Assembly (NCBI GenBank): GCA_020697715.1
Contig: JAEHCO010000001.1
Span: forward strand, 224,001 to 288,000
Length of the DNA: 64,000 nucleotides
Direction of reading: 5' to 3'
Source of the DNA: Methanobacteriota archaeon
GTDB taxonomy: Archaea > Thermoplasmatota > Thermoplasmata > SG8-5 > JAGLSY01
Shown: one piece after another, positions 18,836 to 27,817 of the stretch
Position numbering within the stretch: position 1 is the stretch's first letter
Layout of the letters: every line of letters starts with the position of its first letter
Translations under genes and position numbers: made by a program
The notes under the pieces: generated by a model
Told to the model about the DNA's origin: nothing
The model's input: only the letters and a program-made list of their open reading frames with translations
The model's database searches: none

Positions 18836-19546
18836 TTACATCTCCGTGTCAAATATGGGGCCTAGCACGACTATGCCGCCCTTACCTATCTCGATAGCAT
18901 GCTTTTCCATGCTATGATGGCTCGCCCTCATCTTCTCAACTTGTAGATATCTGATCAGCTTGCCCCGATTCCTATCCAGGCCAAGCATTATTATTCCATC
19001 CACCAGGAAACCTTCATTACCCAGCAGATTTGACTCTCCACCGATGGATCTCTCCATTATTGCGAAACAGATAAGATTATTATCTCTTATCATTTTGAAG
19101 AAATAGAACATCTTCTTTCTCATACTATCGGTATCTTCCATCAATGAGTAGAGAGCGCCCAATGAATCAAGAGCGAACACGGTGAATTTCTCCCCATGCT
19201 TCTTCTTGAAATGAACTATCATCTTTTCTAAGAATTTTAAATAATCTGTCTCATCTCCACCTTCTACCACTCTGTCTATCTCACGCAGGTCTGTGAAATC
19301 ACTTATCTGCATATTGGTGGAAAGATCAACACCCAGACTTTCCATGTTCCTGACATGGCTCTGGACAGTCTCCTCCAGAGTTGTGTAAAGACCGAATCCA
19401 TCTGTATCCTCTAGATACTTGGAGAGCAAAGTATAGCAAAAGCTGGTCTTCATAGATCCTGGTGGACCTGTGATCAATACTATTGCTGGTGGTTTTATGT
19501 CCGTTCTGAATACCTTATCCAATCCACTGACCGAGTTCTTGAACAA
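18836..19546 (-). CDS. KaiC/RAD55-like single-domain ATPase
   Basis: SVSGLD, Walker A GPPGSMKTS, TLEE, ALDSL, FLVDGIIML, RYLQVEKMR; TTG start after GGGTGA. Confidence 0.85.
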   Translation of the reverse strand: MFKNSVSGLDKVFRTDIKPPAIVLITGPPGSMKTSFCYTLLSKYLEDTDGFGLYTTLEETVQSHVRNMESLGVDLSTNMQISDFTDLREIDRVVEGGDETDYLKFLEKMIVHFKKKHGEKFTVFALDSLGALYSLMEDTDSMRKKMFYFFKMIRDNNLICFAIMERSIGGESNLLGNEGFLVDGIIMLGLDRNRGKLIRYLQVEKMRASHHSMEKHAIEIGKGGIVVLGPIFDTEM

Positions 19547-19630
19547 TTTTTCACCCCTTTTCAGATACAGGAGATAACAATTAAACATTTATATTTACCC
19601 ATTGTGGTGGAGCAATGCATGTCCGGGTCA

Positions 19631-20758
19631 TCATTTATGCATTAGCTTGGCCAGTTCACGTATCGTCGCCCAGTCAGCATCTGTACGGATGCCTTTTGTA
19701 TCATAATGTACCGTGGAAGCTTGAAACCCTTTATCTTTTAAGGATTTGACAAATAATTTAGTATTTGGAGGATGGACCTTGCATTTACTGGCTATTTCGT
19801 CCGTCATGTAAATATAAGATGGTGAAGGGATCTCCGCTTTCAGATCCCTGAGCAAATTTATAGAATCTGTCGATATAGACATATCCGGGTCTTCGGATTC
19901 GCGAACCATGTCACCCAATAGATCCTGGTCATTGAGAGATCCAAGCCATAAAGGACCTCCATGGATAGCTCCTTTTTCAGGCCAGGGCACTGTTGTGTAA
20001 CCTCCATCCTTACTCCATATGATGAAACCAAATTGTTTGAGCAATGCGTCTGCTGGCTTCGCCCCTCTCTTCATTCTGAAATAACATCTGAAATAATGAC
20101 CGGAGAAGTATGAGAGGATCGGTATCGCGGCCACATCGAAGACAGCCGCCCTCTTTATTGTGTTTCCCACCAGTATACGCAGGCCAGTATCATGCATCGT
20201 CCCCTTATGAAGGGGTCTCGAACCATAACGTCTGATGCATGTCGTGGGGTATGTGCCACAGAGCGGAGCGGTGTCGGTGGCGGTTATCGATAATATTCCT
20301 CTACTTTTGACGGCGCGAATGGAGCCATCCAGGAAATCAACTGGAGATCCAAAAGGGTCTATGTCAACCCAATTGTATTTCTTTTCAGGGAGCAGGCCAT
20401 GAAGTCCATGATTTGATGGTATCACTCTGTCCCCTCGATCCCAATGTTCCGTGTTCTTCAGGATAAGCTCAAAGGCTTTCGGGCTGTGATCATTGATCAC
20501 TATTTCACAATCATGTTTGCCTTCTTCGTAAAGACGCAGCCCCTTCGCCCCTGATGCGGCGAGGCCATCCAATATGTTCCAGCCATCCTCCGCGATCACC
20601 CTCTCGAAAAGAACTGATATATCGCGATTGCCCCTCATAGCGGGATTGTAAAATACAGGTTCGGATCTGGCCATCGGGCCATTCAGGTGTTTGGTGGATG
20701 GAACGAACATCGCTGTCGCTCCTTCGATTATCTCATTATAATTATCGGCCTGGGTCAA
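19631..20758 (-). CDS. trm1: tRNA (guanine(26)-N2)-dimethyltransferase
   Basis: VFYNPAMRGNRDISV, DIDPFGSP, TATDTAPLCG, GPLWLG. Confidence 0.92.
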   Translation of the reverse strand: MTQADNYNEIIEGATAMFVPSTKHLNGPMARSEPVFYNPAMRGNRDISVLFERVIAEDGWNILDGLAASGAKGLRLYEEGKHDCEIVINDHSPKAFELILKNTEHWDRGDRVIPSNHGLHGLLPEKKYNWVDIDPFGSPVDFLDGSIRAVKSRGILSITATDTAPLCGTYPTTCIRRYGSRPLHKGTMHDTGLRILVGNTIKRAAVFDVAAIPILSYFSGHYFRCYFRMKRGAKPADALLKQFGFIIWSKDGGYTTVPWPEKGAIHGGPLWLGSLNDQDLLGDMVRESEDPDMSISTDSINLLRDLKAEIPSPSYIYMTDEIASKCKVHPPNTKLFVKSLKDKGFQASTVHYDTKGIRTDADWATIRELAKLMHK

Positions 20759-20771
20759 GTCAGACCTCCGT

Positions 20772-21365
20772 TCAGAGAAGCTCTCCTTTGATGAGCTTCA
20801 TTATCTTATATGGGAGAAGATTTCGGTTAACAGGAGTTACTTCCAATATCCTGACATCGTCCCTGCGCCGGATATCCTGTAAAAGAGGGTTCCTTGATTT
20901 CTTGTGAAGTGTCAGAAGCATCATCTTGTCAGAATCAAGAGCATCCTCGACAACCTTTACAAAACCCGGACTCTCGACCTCCATCTTGCCAACCTCGTCG
21001 ATGATGATCATATCCGCATTATCGATCGCTCCTTGAATGGCCTTCACACCTAGAGATTCCAGGGCCTTCTGATCGACCCCATAAGGACCGACGGATAGAG
21101 TGGATTCGATATTGATATGTGCGAATTTGCGCTTCTTGCCAGTCATCCAGTCCTTGATGTAGAAGCCTACTCTTTTATTTCTGAAAATAATGGGTTCGGT
21201 AACCATACCGCCCACTACTATATCTTCAGCCTCGACCATCTCGATTATCTTCAAAAGTGTTTGTGTCTTCCCCGAACTGGGTAGACCAGTAATGCCTATT
21301 TTTACTACTTCGGATGCTTTAACATCCTCTTGCCCACTATCATCTGTACCCATATGGATATCCAC
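20772..21365 (-). CDS. nucleoside-triphosphatase (NTPase_1/THEP1 family)
   Basis: ITGLPSSGKT, VGPYGVD, IIIDEVGKME. Confidence 0.88.
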   Translation of the reverse strand: MDIHMGTDDSGQEDVKASEVVKIGITGLPSSGKTQTLLKIIEMVEAEDIVVGGMVTEPIIFRNKRVGFYIKDWMTGKKRKFAHINIESTLSVGPYGVDQKALESLGVKAIQGAIDNADMIIIDEVGKMEVESPGFVKVVEDALDSDKMMLLTLHKKSRNPLLQDIRRRDDVRILEVTPVNRNLLPYKIMKLIKGELL

Positions 21366-21486
21366 CGTACTGTTCTTATTCCATCCGGTATGGTTTCATC
21401 CTTTATAATATATTCCGCTCTATAATAATATTAGGATAATGTACAGAATGGCATATATGTCTAACTGAATACCAAGAAAATATGGG

Positions 21487-22950
21487 TTATCCATCTCTGG
21501 CTCTGAGGATCATCTCCCCGACCATCTTATCCGCAAGTTGAAGGAACTCGTCCTCCTTCCCAGCCTCTATGGTGGCTCCAGCCGCGACATTGTGACCCCC
21601 GCCTATGCCTCCGATCTCCTCGGTTATCTTGCTCATCAGCTCGGAAAGATCGATACCCATGGCTGCCATATCGTCGGTCGATCTGCCAGATACCTTGACC
21701 CCATCCTCCGCATCTGAAAAGGCGAATATCGGCATGTGCTTGGGTATCTTACCAGAGCCAAGCACCATACCGGCGACTATCCCGATCACACTATCCAGTA
21801 TCTGATCTCCAGCATGCACATATTGAATATTGTCCATGGTCTCGATGCCCATCTCTTCTATAATCTTCATGGACTGCACCAGATATTTCTTATGTCCGCC
21901 TTGAAGATCAAAGGCCTGGTTCAGGTACGTGGCTCTGTCACCCTTACATACCTCGAAAGCGACCTCCGCCTTCCCATACCTTCCGCATGAATTGAGCAGG
22001 GTGGCGAATTCCTTGGCCTCATGAAGTGATGTGCCTGGCTTTTCATTTACAAATAGATAAATTTCAGATAATAATTCCTCTCGAGAGGCGAAATTGCTCA
22101 GCGCGGAAAGAAGGCGACGCTGTTCCATCCTATCCAGATCTGACCACGATCTCCACTTCTCCCCGGCCTTGAGGTCGATATCCAGACTCATGAGGAAGTT
22201 CATGCACGCTCTGTAATTCCCGCTCAAACCTATGAGCTCGGGATCGGAAGTGTACTGGATGAGCTTGTAAAGAGGGCGTGTTTCCCTTCCATAAAGCCCG
22301 ATATCCACGATAGCTTCCATTGCTCCGGATTCGATAGCGTCCTCCAATATCTCACGATTGGTCCCTATCAATTTCCCTTCCCCTCGGTCTTGAAGATCAC
22401 CCACGGCTCCAACTATCGCGATGCTGGCCAGCCATTTCAATTCGGGAGCGAGTTCCCTTGCCACGAGATAAGCTGTTCCGGCTCCGCTTATGTCGGTGGA
22501 GCCGTCCCGCCCCACGAGGTGTGGGTTCACTTGCAAGATGTTCGATGTAACAGGAGTGGGCGTGCCGGATGCCTCGGAAAAATCAAATAGGGTTTTGGGA
22601 GAAGATGATGTTGAAGTTCCCACATCCTCCTTCTCCTCAAATGTCTCGACCTTCACCTCGGATGGCACATGGTGATCGGAAATCACGGCATTTAGGTTAC
22701 CCAGCATATGGACATACCCACTGCCAAGATCCGTGAACCATATCAGCTCGTGGTTCCCGGCCTCGAGATCGGCTATGAGCTTCTCATCCAGTTTCTTGAC
22801 GAATCTGATCTCATTCTTGATCCCGATGTGATCCAGAACATAGGAAGCGATACTGCCCGATGATATGCCGTCAGCATCAATATGGCTGATAATAAGCACG
22901 CTGGATGCATCCCTTAGCCGCTCGGCGACCTTCTTCGCAGCTTCCTTCAC
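21487..22950 (-). CDS. RecJ-like DHH/DHHA1 phosphoesterase
   Basis: HIDADG, FTDLGSG, DHH, GAVGDLQ, VSGR, GGGHNVAAGA. Confidence 0.88.
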   Translation of the reverse strand: MKEAAKKVAERLRDASSVLIISHIDADGISSGSIASYVLDHIGIKNEIRFVKKLDEKLIADLEAGNHELIWFTDLGSGYVHMLGNLNAVISDHHVPSEVKVETFEEKEDVGTSTSSSPKTLFDFSEASGTPTPVTSNILQVNPHLVGRDGSTDISGAGTAYLVARELAPELKWLASIAIVGAVGDLQDRGEGKLIGTNREILEDAIESGAMEAIVDIGLYGRETRPLYKLIQYTSDPELIGLSGNYRACMNFLMSLDIDLKAGEKWRSWSDLDRMEQRRLLSALSNFASREELLSEIYLFVNEKPGTSLHEAKEFATLLNSCGRYGKAEVAFEVCKGDRATYLNQAFDLQGGHKKYLVQSMKIIEEMGIETMDNIQYVHAGDQILDSVIGIVAGMVLGSGKIPKHMPIFAFSDAEDGVKVSGRSTDDMAAMGIDLSELMSKITEEIGGIGGGHNVAAGATIEAGKEDEFLQLADKMVGEMILRARDG

Positions 22951-23021
22951 GTCAGGGTGTATGGACTTCCAGTAATAAGTAATTGCGCTGGGGTGGGTGA
23001 AAGTATAGGGACAATTTCATA

Positions 23022-23708
23022 TCAGGTTATCAGGTCTAATTCTATTCGTCCATCCTCGACCATTATTATGCGGTCCGTTCGCTCCGCGATCTTCCTATCA
23101 TGGGTCACGATCAGGAAAGTGGTGCCATATTCTTCATTTATCTGCCTCAGAAGCCGATAAACACTGTCGGTCGTATCTGTATCGAGGTTGCCAGTTGGCT
23201 CATCAGCCAGTATCAATTTGGGATTGTTTATCAAGGCACGGGCAATGGCCGCCCTCTGCTGCTGGCCGCCTGACATTTCCGTTGAGAGATTGTTCTTCAC
23301 TGCATCCAAACCTACGAGTCCCAACAATTCATCCGCCCTCTTCTCTATCTCCGAAGTGGTCTTTCCATGCTGGATAAGATACGGCATTAGCACATTTTCC
23401 CGTGCCGTGAACTCTGGCAAGAGATGATGGAATTGGAAGATGAAACCAAGACTCTGATTTCTAAGGCTGGCCAACTGATCCTTGGTCATCGTGTCCGTTC
23501 TCTGGCCAGCTATCTCCACAGTGCCTTTCGTGGCCTTATCCAGGGTGCCTATGATGTTAAGAAGGGTGGATTTACCACTACCCGATTGGCCAACCAGTGA
23601 ATTGAAGCTACCTTCCTCCACCTTCAGATCGATGTCGAAAAGAACCTGGGTCTCGATGGCTCCCGAATATATCTTGCTCACTTTTTGCATATTTATCATA
23701 TCAGCCAT
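23022..23708 (-). CDS. ABC transporter ATP-binding protein (LolD/MacB-type)
   Basis: GQSGSGKST, MSGGQQQR, ADEPTGNLD, VTHD. Confidence 0.92.
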   Translation of the reverse strand: MADMINMQKVSKIYSGAIETQVLFDIDLKVEEGSFNSLVGQSGSGKSTLLNIIGTLDKATKGTVEIAGQRTDTMTKDQLASLRNQSLGFIFQFHHLLPEFTARENVLMPYLIQHGKTTSEIEKRADELLGLVGLDAVKNNLSTEMSGGQQQRAAIARALINNPKLILADEPTGNLDTDTTDSVYRLLRQINEEYGTTFLIVTHDRKIAERTDRIIMVEDGRIELDLIT

Positions 23709-24855
23709 TGCGTATCACCTCGATGGGGTCGAGTTTTCTGGATTTGATCGCTGGAAGTAAAGATGCCATTGCCGACGCGATGACGGCAATGAGTCCGGAC
23801 AATAGCAGGAAATTGATATCAAAGGATGATGATATTATCGAATCACCACTGCTGGATAGAGCCTGGATGAAACCATAAAAAAGGATGGCTCCCAATAAAA
23901 CGCCCATGATGGCCCCGCCTATGCCCAGGAGCAGACCTTGATAAAGGAATATCAGACTGGCCTGGCTATCCTTGATCCCCATTGCCTTGAGTATGCCGAT
24001 CTGCCGGGACTTCTGAACCACGGTTATTGAAAGTATACTGGCTATGCCGATGACCACCGAAAGGAGAACGAAGGTCTGGATCATGTAGCTGGAGGCTCCC
24101 TGTGATGCCAATGCGCTGAAGAAATCCGGATTGTCATCCTTCCAGTTATTGACCGTGATCGGAGAATTACCAAGAGCCGCCGCCACTTCCTCCGCGGTAC
24201 TGTCTGTCGTGAAGATGTCCGTGGTCTGGGTCTCTATCGATGTTATATTATCTCCAAGGCTATAAATGGACTGGGCCGAGGCAATGTTCACGATGATCCA
24301 TCTTTCATTGACGATCGCCGATCCCAGATCGTAAATGCCAGACACCCACAATGTGAAAGTGTTCTGGGAAGGAGTGATGATATCAAGACCATCACCGACT
24401 GAAAGTGTAAGATCGGTAGCCAGCTCCTTTCCAACAAGGACTTGGGTGTCATTGGTCGGGACATCGCCCTCATATGTGTTCTCGGCCAGCTCGTATATCG
24501 CTTCTGCCTGGGTCATGTCCAGACCCCTTACTAAAATAGAATTGGACTGACTGCCTTTGACGATAAGGGCGGGTGAATCCACGGCAGGAGATACTGCCGT
24601 GATACCATCTATATTCTGAATGCCAGCTACCTTGCTTTCCCAATTGTCTATAATGATCTCATCCTCTGCCGGGAATACAGTCACATGGGACGCGTTCCCC
24701 GTGGTCTCCTCCAGAAATCCTTCCTGTAGATTTGTGAGAAGCTGGCCGACGAATATCTGGACCGCGATACCAACAGCCAGACCCATCATTATCAAAAGGG
24801 TCTGCATCTTGCTGGACTTGAGAAATCTAAGAGCTATCTTGAAGGAGACCATCAT
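23701..24855 (-). CDS. ABC transporter permease (MacB/LolE/FtsX-type)
   Basis: TM1, periplasmic-core domain, IGILKAMG, C-terminal LDPIEVIR. Confidence 0.88.
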   Translation of the reverse strand: MMVSFKIALRFLKSSKMQTLLIMMGLAVGIAVQIFVGQLLTNLQEGFLEETTGNASHVTVFPAEDEIIIDNWESKVAGIQNIDGITAVSPAVDSPALIVKGSQSNSILVRGLDMTQAEAIYELAENTYEGDVPTNDTQVLVGKELATDLTLSVGDGLDIITPSQNTFTLWVSGIYDLGSAIVNERWIIVNIASAQSIYSLGDNITSIETQTTDIFTTDSTAEEVAAALGNSPITVNNWKDDNPDFFSALASQGASSYMIQTFVLLSVVIGIASILSITVVQKSRQIGILKAMGIKDSQASLIFLYQGLLLGIGGAIMGVLLGAILFYGFIQALSSSGDSIISSSFDINFLLLSGLIAVIASAMASLLPAIKSRKLDPIEVIRNG

Positions 24856-25496
24856 TCCACCGCCAGCTTGGATATCTCTTCGATGGTCTGCATCTCCATG
24901 TCCGCTCCTATCTCCTTGAATAAATTTGGCTTGTCTACAAACGCCTGGCCACCAACGATCACTGTGATATCGGGATAAGACTTTTTTATCAACAATATCA
25001 CTTTCTGGGTCGCCATCAGATTATAAGAATTTGTAATGCTCATCGCCACGTATTTGGGCTTTTCCACCTCGATAGCGGATATGATCGAGGTGAGTGGGGT
25101 ATTGGCTCCAATGAATGTGACCTCGAAACCACTAAGTGTGAAATAATCAGCCACCATCCTGGCACCTATCTCATGAAGCTCCTCGGTGGGGCAGACGACT
25201 AGAACTCGCTGGCCTTTGCGATCCCCGAACTTTTCCTTGCTGGCTCCAGCCACCCGGAGATAACAGGATTCTATCACTGTTCGGATTATCGAACTGCGGG
25301 CATGCTCCTTCCATATGCACTCGGCCTCTGGCACATCGCAAATGATCTCATAAAGGGCAGGTGTGAGTATATTCTGGTACAAGTCCACTATACTGGAAAC
25401 CTTACCAGAATCAAGCCAGCCATTGACAAGCTCTATACATCCGGCCTTGTCATTCTTCTCTATGAGTCCGATGAATTCTCTCTTTAATTCCTCCAT
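24852..25496 (-). CDS. stand-alone cobalamin (B12)-binding domain protein
   Basis: Helical cap with EH, ELHEIGARMVA (ExHxxG), FIGANTP, SIT, VGGQ. Confidence 0.85.
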   Translation of the reverse strand: MEELKREFIGLIEKNDKAGCIELVNGWLDSGKVSSIVDLYQNILTPALYEIICDVPEAECIWKEHARSSIIRTVIESCYLRVAGASKEKFGDRKGQRVLVVCPTEELHEIGARMVADYFTLSGFEVTFIGANTPLTSIISAIEVEKPKYVAMSITNSYNLMATQKVILLIKKSYPDITVIVGGQAFVDKPNLFKEIGADMEMQTIEEISKLAVE

Positions 25497-25555
25497 GAGG
25501 CTGAATCTGATAGGTTAGTGATAAGTCTTTTTCCTAAATTATTTGAGATGGGGAG

Positions 25556-26092
25556 TTATCTTCCAGGAGCCTTGCCTTTTCTCGACTTAACTGGCCTTTT
25601 AGGGTTATTGTGATCCCTAACATTGCCCTTCTTCATCTGCCCAGACCTCTTGCCTTGTCTGGGTTTCTGACCTCTGGCCTGGCTCTGCTTCTGGCCCTGT
25701 TTCTTATCCTGCTTGGAGCCCGGTCTTATTTCGTATGACTTGCAGATGGCCTTGTTCCCACTGTCAATGCCTTTTTTATTGCAGAATCCCTCCACCCAAT
25801 ATGTGCAATTGGAGCAATTGTATTCGTCTTCCTCCAATTTCCTTTCCACAGTGGTGAAGGCCACGGACACCATGCCGGAACCCACGCTGTATCGGAAGGA
25901 CTGGTAGGGGATGTTCTTCCACTTGCAGTAGATGGTGGAAGCTGATGGAGGGTCGCGATCGTCATAGTATCCTTTATCCGGATCATCTCCTCCTCTGGCT
26001 GCCACAATGGATGTCATGGATCTACAACCTGGGCAGAAGATTGCCTGGCCAGTTTCGACCAGTTCTCTACATTTTGGACAATACCGCTTCAT
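25556..26092 (-). CDS. hypothetical Cys-rich protein with basic C-terminal tail
   Basis: CPKC..CPGC zinc ribbon, CSNC..C..C cluster, K/R/Q-rich tail. Confidence 0.55.
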   Translation of the reverse strand: MKRYCPKCRELVETGQAIFCPGCRSMTSIVAARGGDDPDKGYYDDRDPPSASTIYCKWKNIPYQSFRYSVGSGMVSVAFTTVERKLEEDEYNCSNCTYWVEGFCNKKGIDSGNKAICKSYEIRPGSKQDKKQGQKQSQARGQKPRQGKRSGQMKKGNVRDHNNPKRPVKSRKGKAPGR

Positions 26093-26231
26093 CGTGTCAC
26101 TTCTATACCTTCTATGATGTTATAGGATTTAATCATTATCCGGCCAAAGGAGTGCGCGCACCAAATATTGGAAATGGGAAAAGGATTATAGAACAAAACA
26201 TGGTTGTGTTATTAAAGATGGAGTGAAATAA

Positions 26232-26726
26232 ATGAAAATATGCCTAGCTTATGCGTCAAGGACCGGGAATTCGGAACTTATAGCCAATCAATTAATATCG
26301 AAACTGGAAATGAGTGGAAATTCGATAGATGTCATTAAGATCGAACCTGAAACAATGCCAAGGTTCTTTGGAGCTGGAGCCAAGAGCATGAAGCAAGAGG
26401 AGATGAAGCTGAAGAACACGGAGGTCGATATTGGCCAATACGACCTGTTCATCATCGGGGGTCCAGTATGGGCCGGCAGACCATCGCCTTTGTTCGCGTC
26501 CTTCTTGGAATTAGTAAAAAATGCGGAAGGAAAGAAAGCGGCTTATTTCGTCACCCAGATCACTCCCATTGGAAAGAATAAAGAAATGCCAGGTGTGATG
26601 AAAAACAACCTGAACAAGAAAGGTTTTGATATCGTAGGTGAGCCATTGATCCTGCGAATGAAGAAAGGTGAATTTCTTGATGGGGAAGAGAATATTGATG
26701 ATTTTGTGAAAGCCATAGGGGAATAG
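26232..26726 (+). CDS. flavodoxin family protein
   Basis: YASRTGNS FMN loop, YDLFIIGGPVWAG. Confidence 0.85.
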   Translation: MKICLAYASRTGNSELIANQLISKLEMSGNSIDVIKIEPETMPRFFGAGAKSMKQEEMKLKNTEVDIGQYDLFIIGGPVWAGRPSPLFASFLELVKNAEGKKAAYFVTQITPIGKNKEMPGVMKNNLNKKGFDIVGEPLILRMKKGEFLDGEENIDDFVKAIGE

Positions 26727-26767
26727 ACGGAAGTAATCCGAAGGTTAATTATCATCCTCCGCAATAA

Positions 26768-27739
26768 GTGGAAGAGATGAAAAGAGCTGCAATATCTATC
26801 TGGATCATGTCCATCATGATGATCTTAATATCAGTATCATTCAACAGCACGGCATGGAGCAATGGCGGATATTCAGATGATATAAATAATCCAGATTATG
26901 GCACTCATGATTGGATCGCGGAGAAGGCTCTGGCCATGCTTCCTGTGAATGAAAGCCAGTACATCCGAGATAATTTCAATCAATACCTGTATGGGACAGA
27001 GCTACCGGATAATCCTGTTGGATTATTCAATGATGGAATTGCGGACACCTCCAATCATCATGTTTATTTCGAAATAAGTGGTACTGTTACAGATAATGCA
27101 AGTGCGGATAGAGCTGAAGCAATGTATGATGATGCTATGGCATATATTCTGGTCCATGATTATAAGAATGCTAGTAAATGCGCGGGGGAGATGACCCATT
27201 ATATTTCGGATCTGGCTGTATTCGGGCACGTGATGGGGTATTTCACAGCCTGGGGAGAAGAGTCTCATCATTTAGATTATGAGACCTATGTATTGGACCA
27301 TCAGGCGGATTTCAAATCATACATCGTGTTCGACGGGATATTATCCGAGATCTCGGCTTATGATGCCACCATTGAACTCGCCCATGACACAGCATTCGAT
27401 GATGGGGGAACTGGAAGGGATTGTCTATGGATGGATCAGAATATGCCAGAGCTGGACCATAGCTGGACAGATAGTGATTTTGAGGATAGAGCAGGGAGAT
27501 CCATGAACCTGGCTGTGAACCTGGTAGCCGATGTCCTGCATACTCTGGCGATAGAGTCGGGATATACTGGCTCTGAGACACCTTCAGTGGACGATACTGA
27601 TACAGATCCTGTAAATGATGATACAGAAGCAGAAGAGACACCGGCAGATGAAATACCTGGCTTCGAGCTCTGGACCATGTTGCTGGCCATGATGATCGCG
27701 ATTGGGATAGTGAGGTTCAAAAACAGGGACAAAAGATAA
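26768..27739 (+). CDS. secreted zinc-dependent phospholipase C / P1-nuclease family protein with PGF-CTERM anchor
   Basis: Signal peptide ending STA|WSNGG, THDWIA, PD, HH, HYISDL..GH, HLDYE; C-terminal IPGF + TM helix + basic tail. Confidence 0.8.
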   Translation: MEEMKRAAISIWIMSIMMILISVSFNSTAWSNGGYSDDINNPDYGTHDWIAEKALAMLPVNESQYIRDNFNQYLYGTELPDNPVGLFNDGIADTSNHHVYFEISGTVTDNASADRAEAMYDDAMAYILVHDYKNASKCAGEMTHYISDLAVFGHVMGYFTAWGEESHHLDYETYVLDHQADFKSYIVFDGILSEISAYDATIELAHDTAFDDGGTGRDCLWMDQNMPELDHSWTDSDFEDRAGRSMNLAVNLVADVLHTLAIESGYTGSETPSVDDTDTDPVNDDTEAEETPADEIPGFELWTMLLAMMIAIGIVRFKNRDKR

Positions 27740-27817
27740 TTTGACTTCATCTTAAAACCTACATGTAGCCTAATTCTATGAGTCGCGGGTATATACACTC
27801 GCACGATTTTAGGCATC

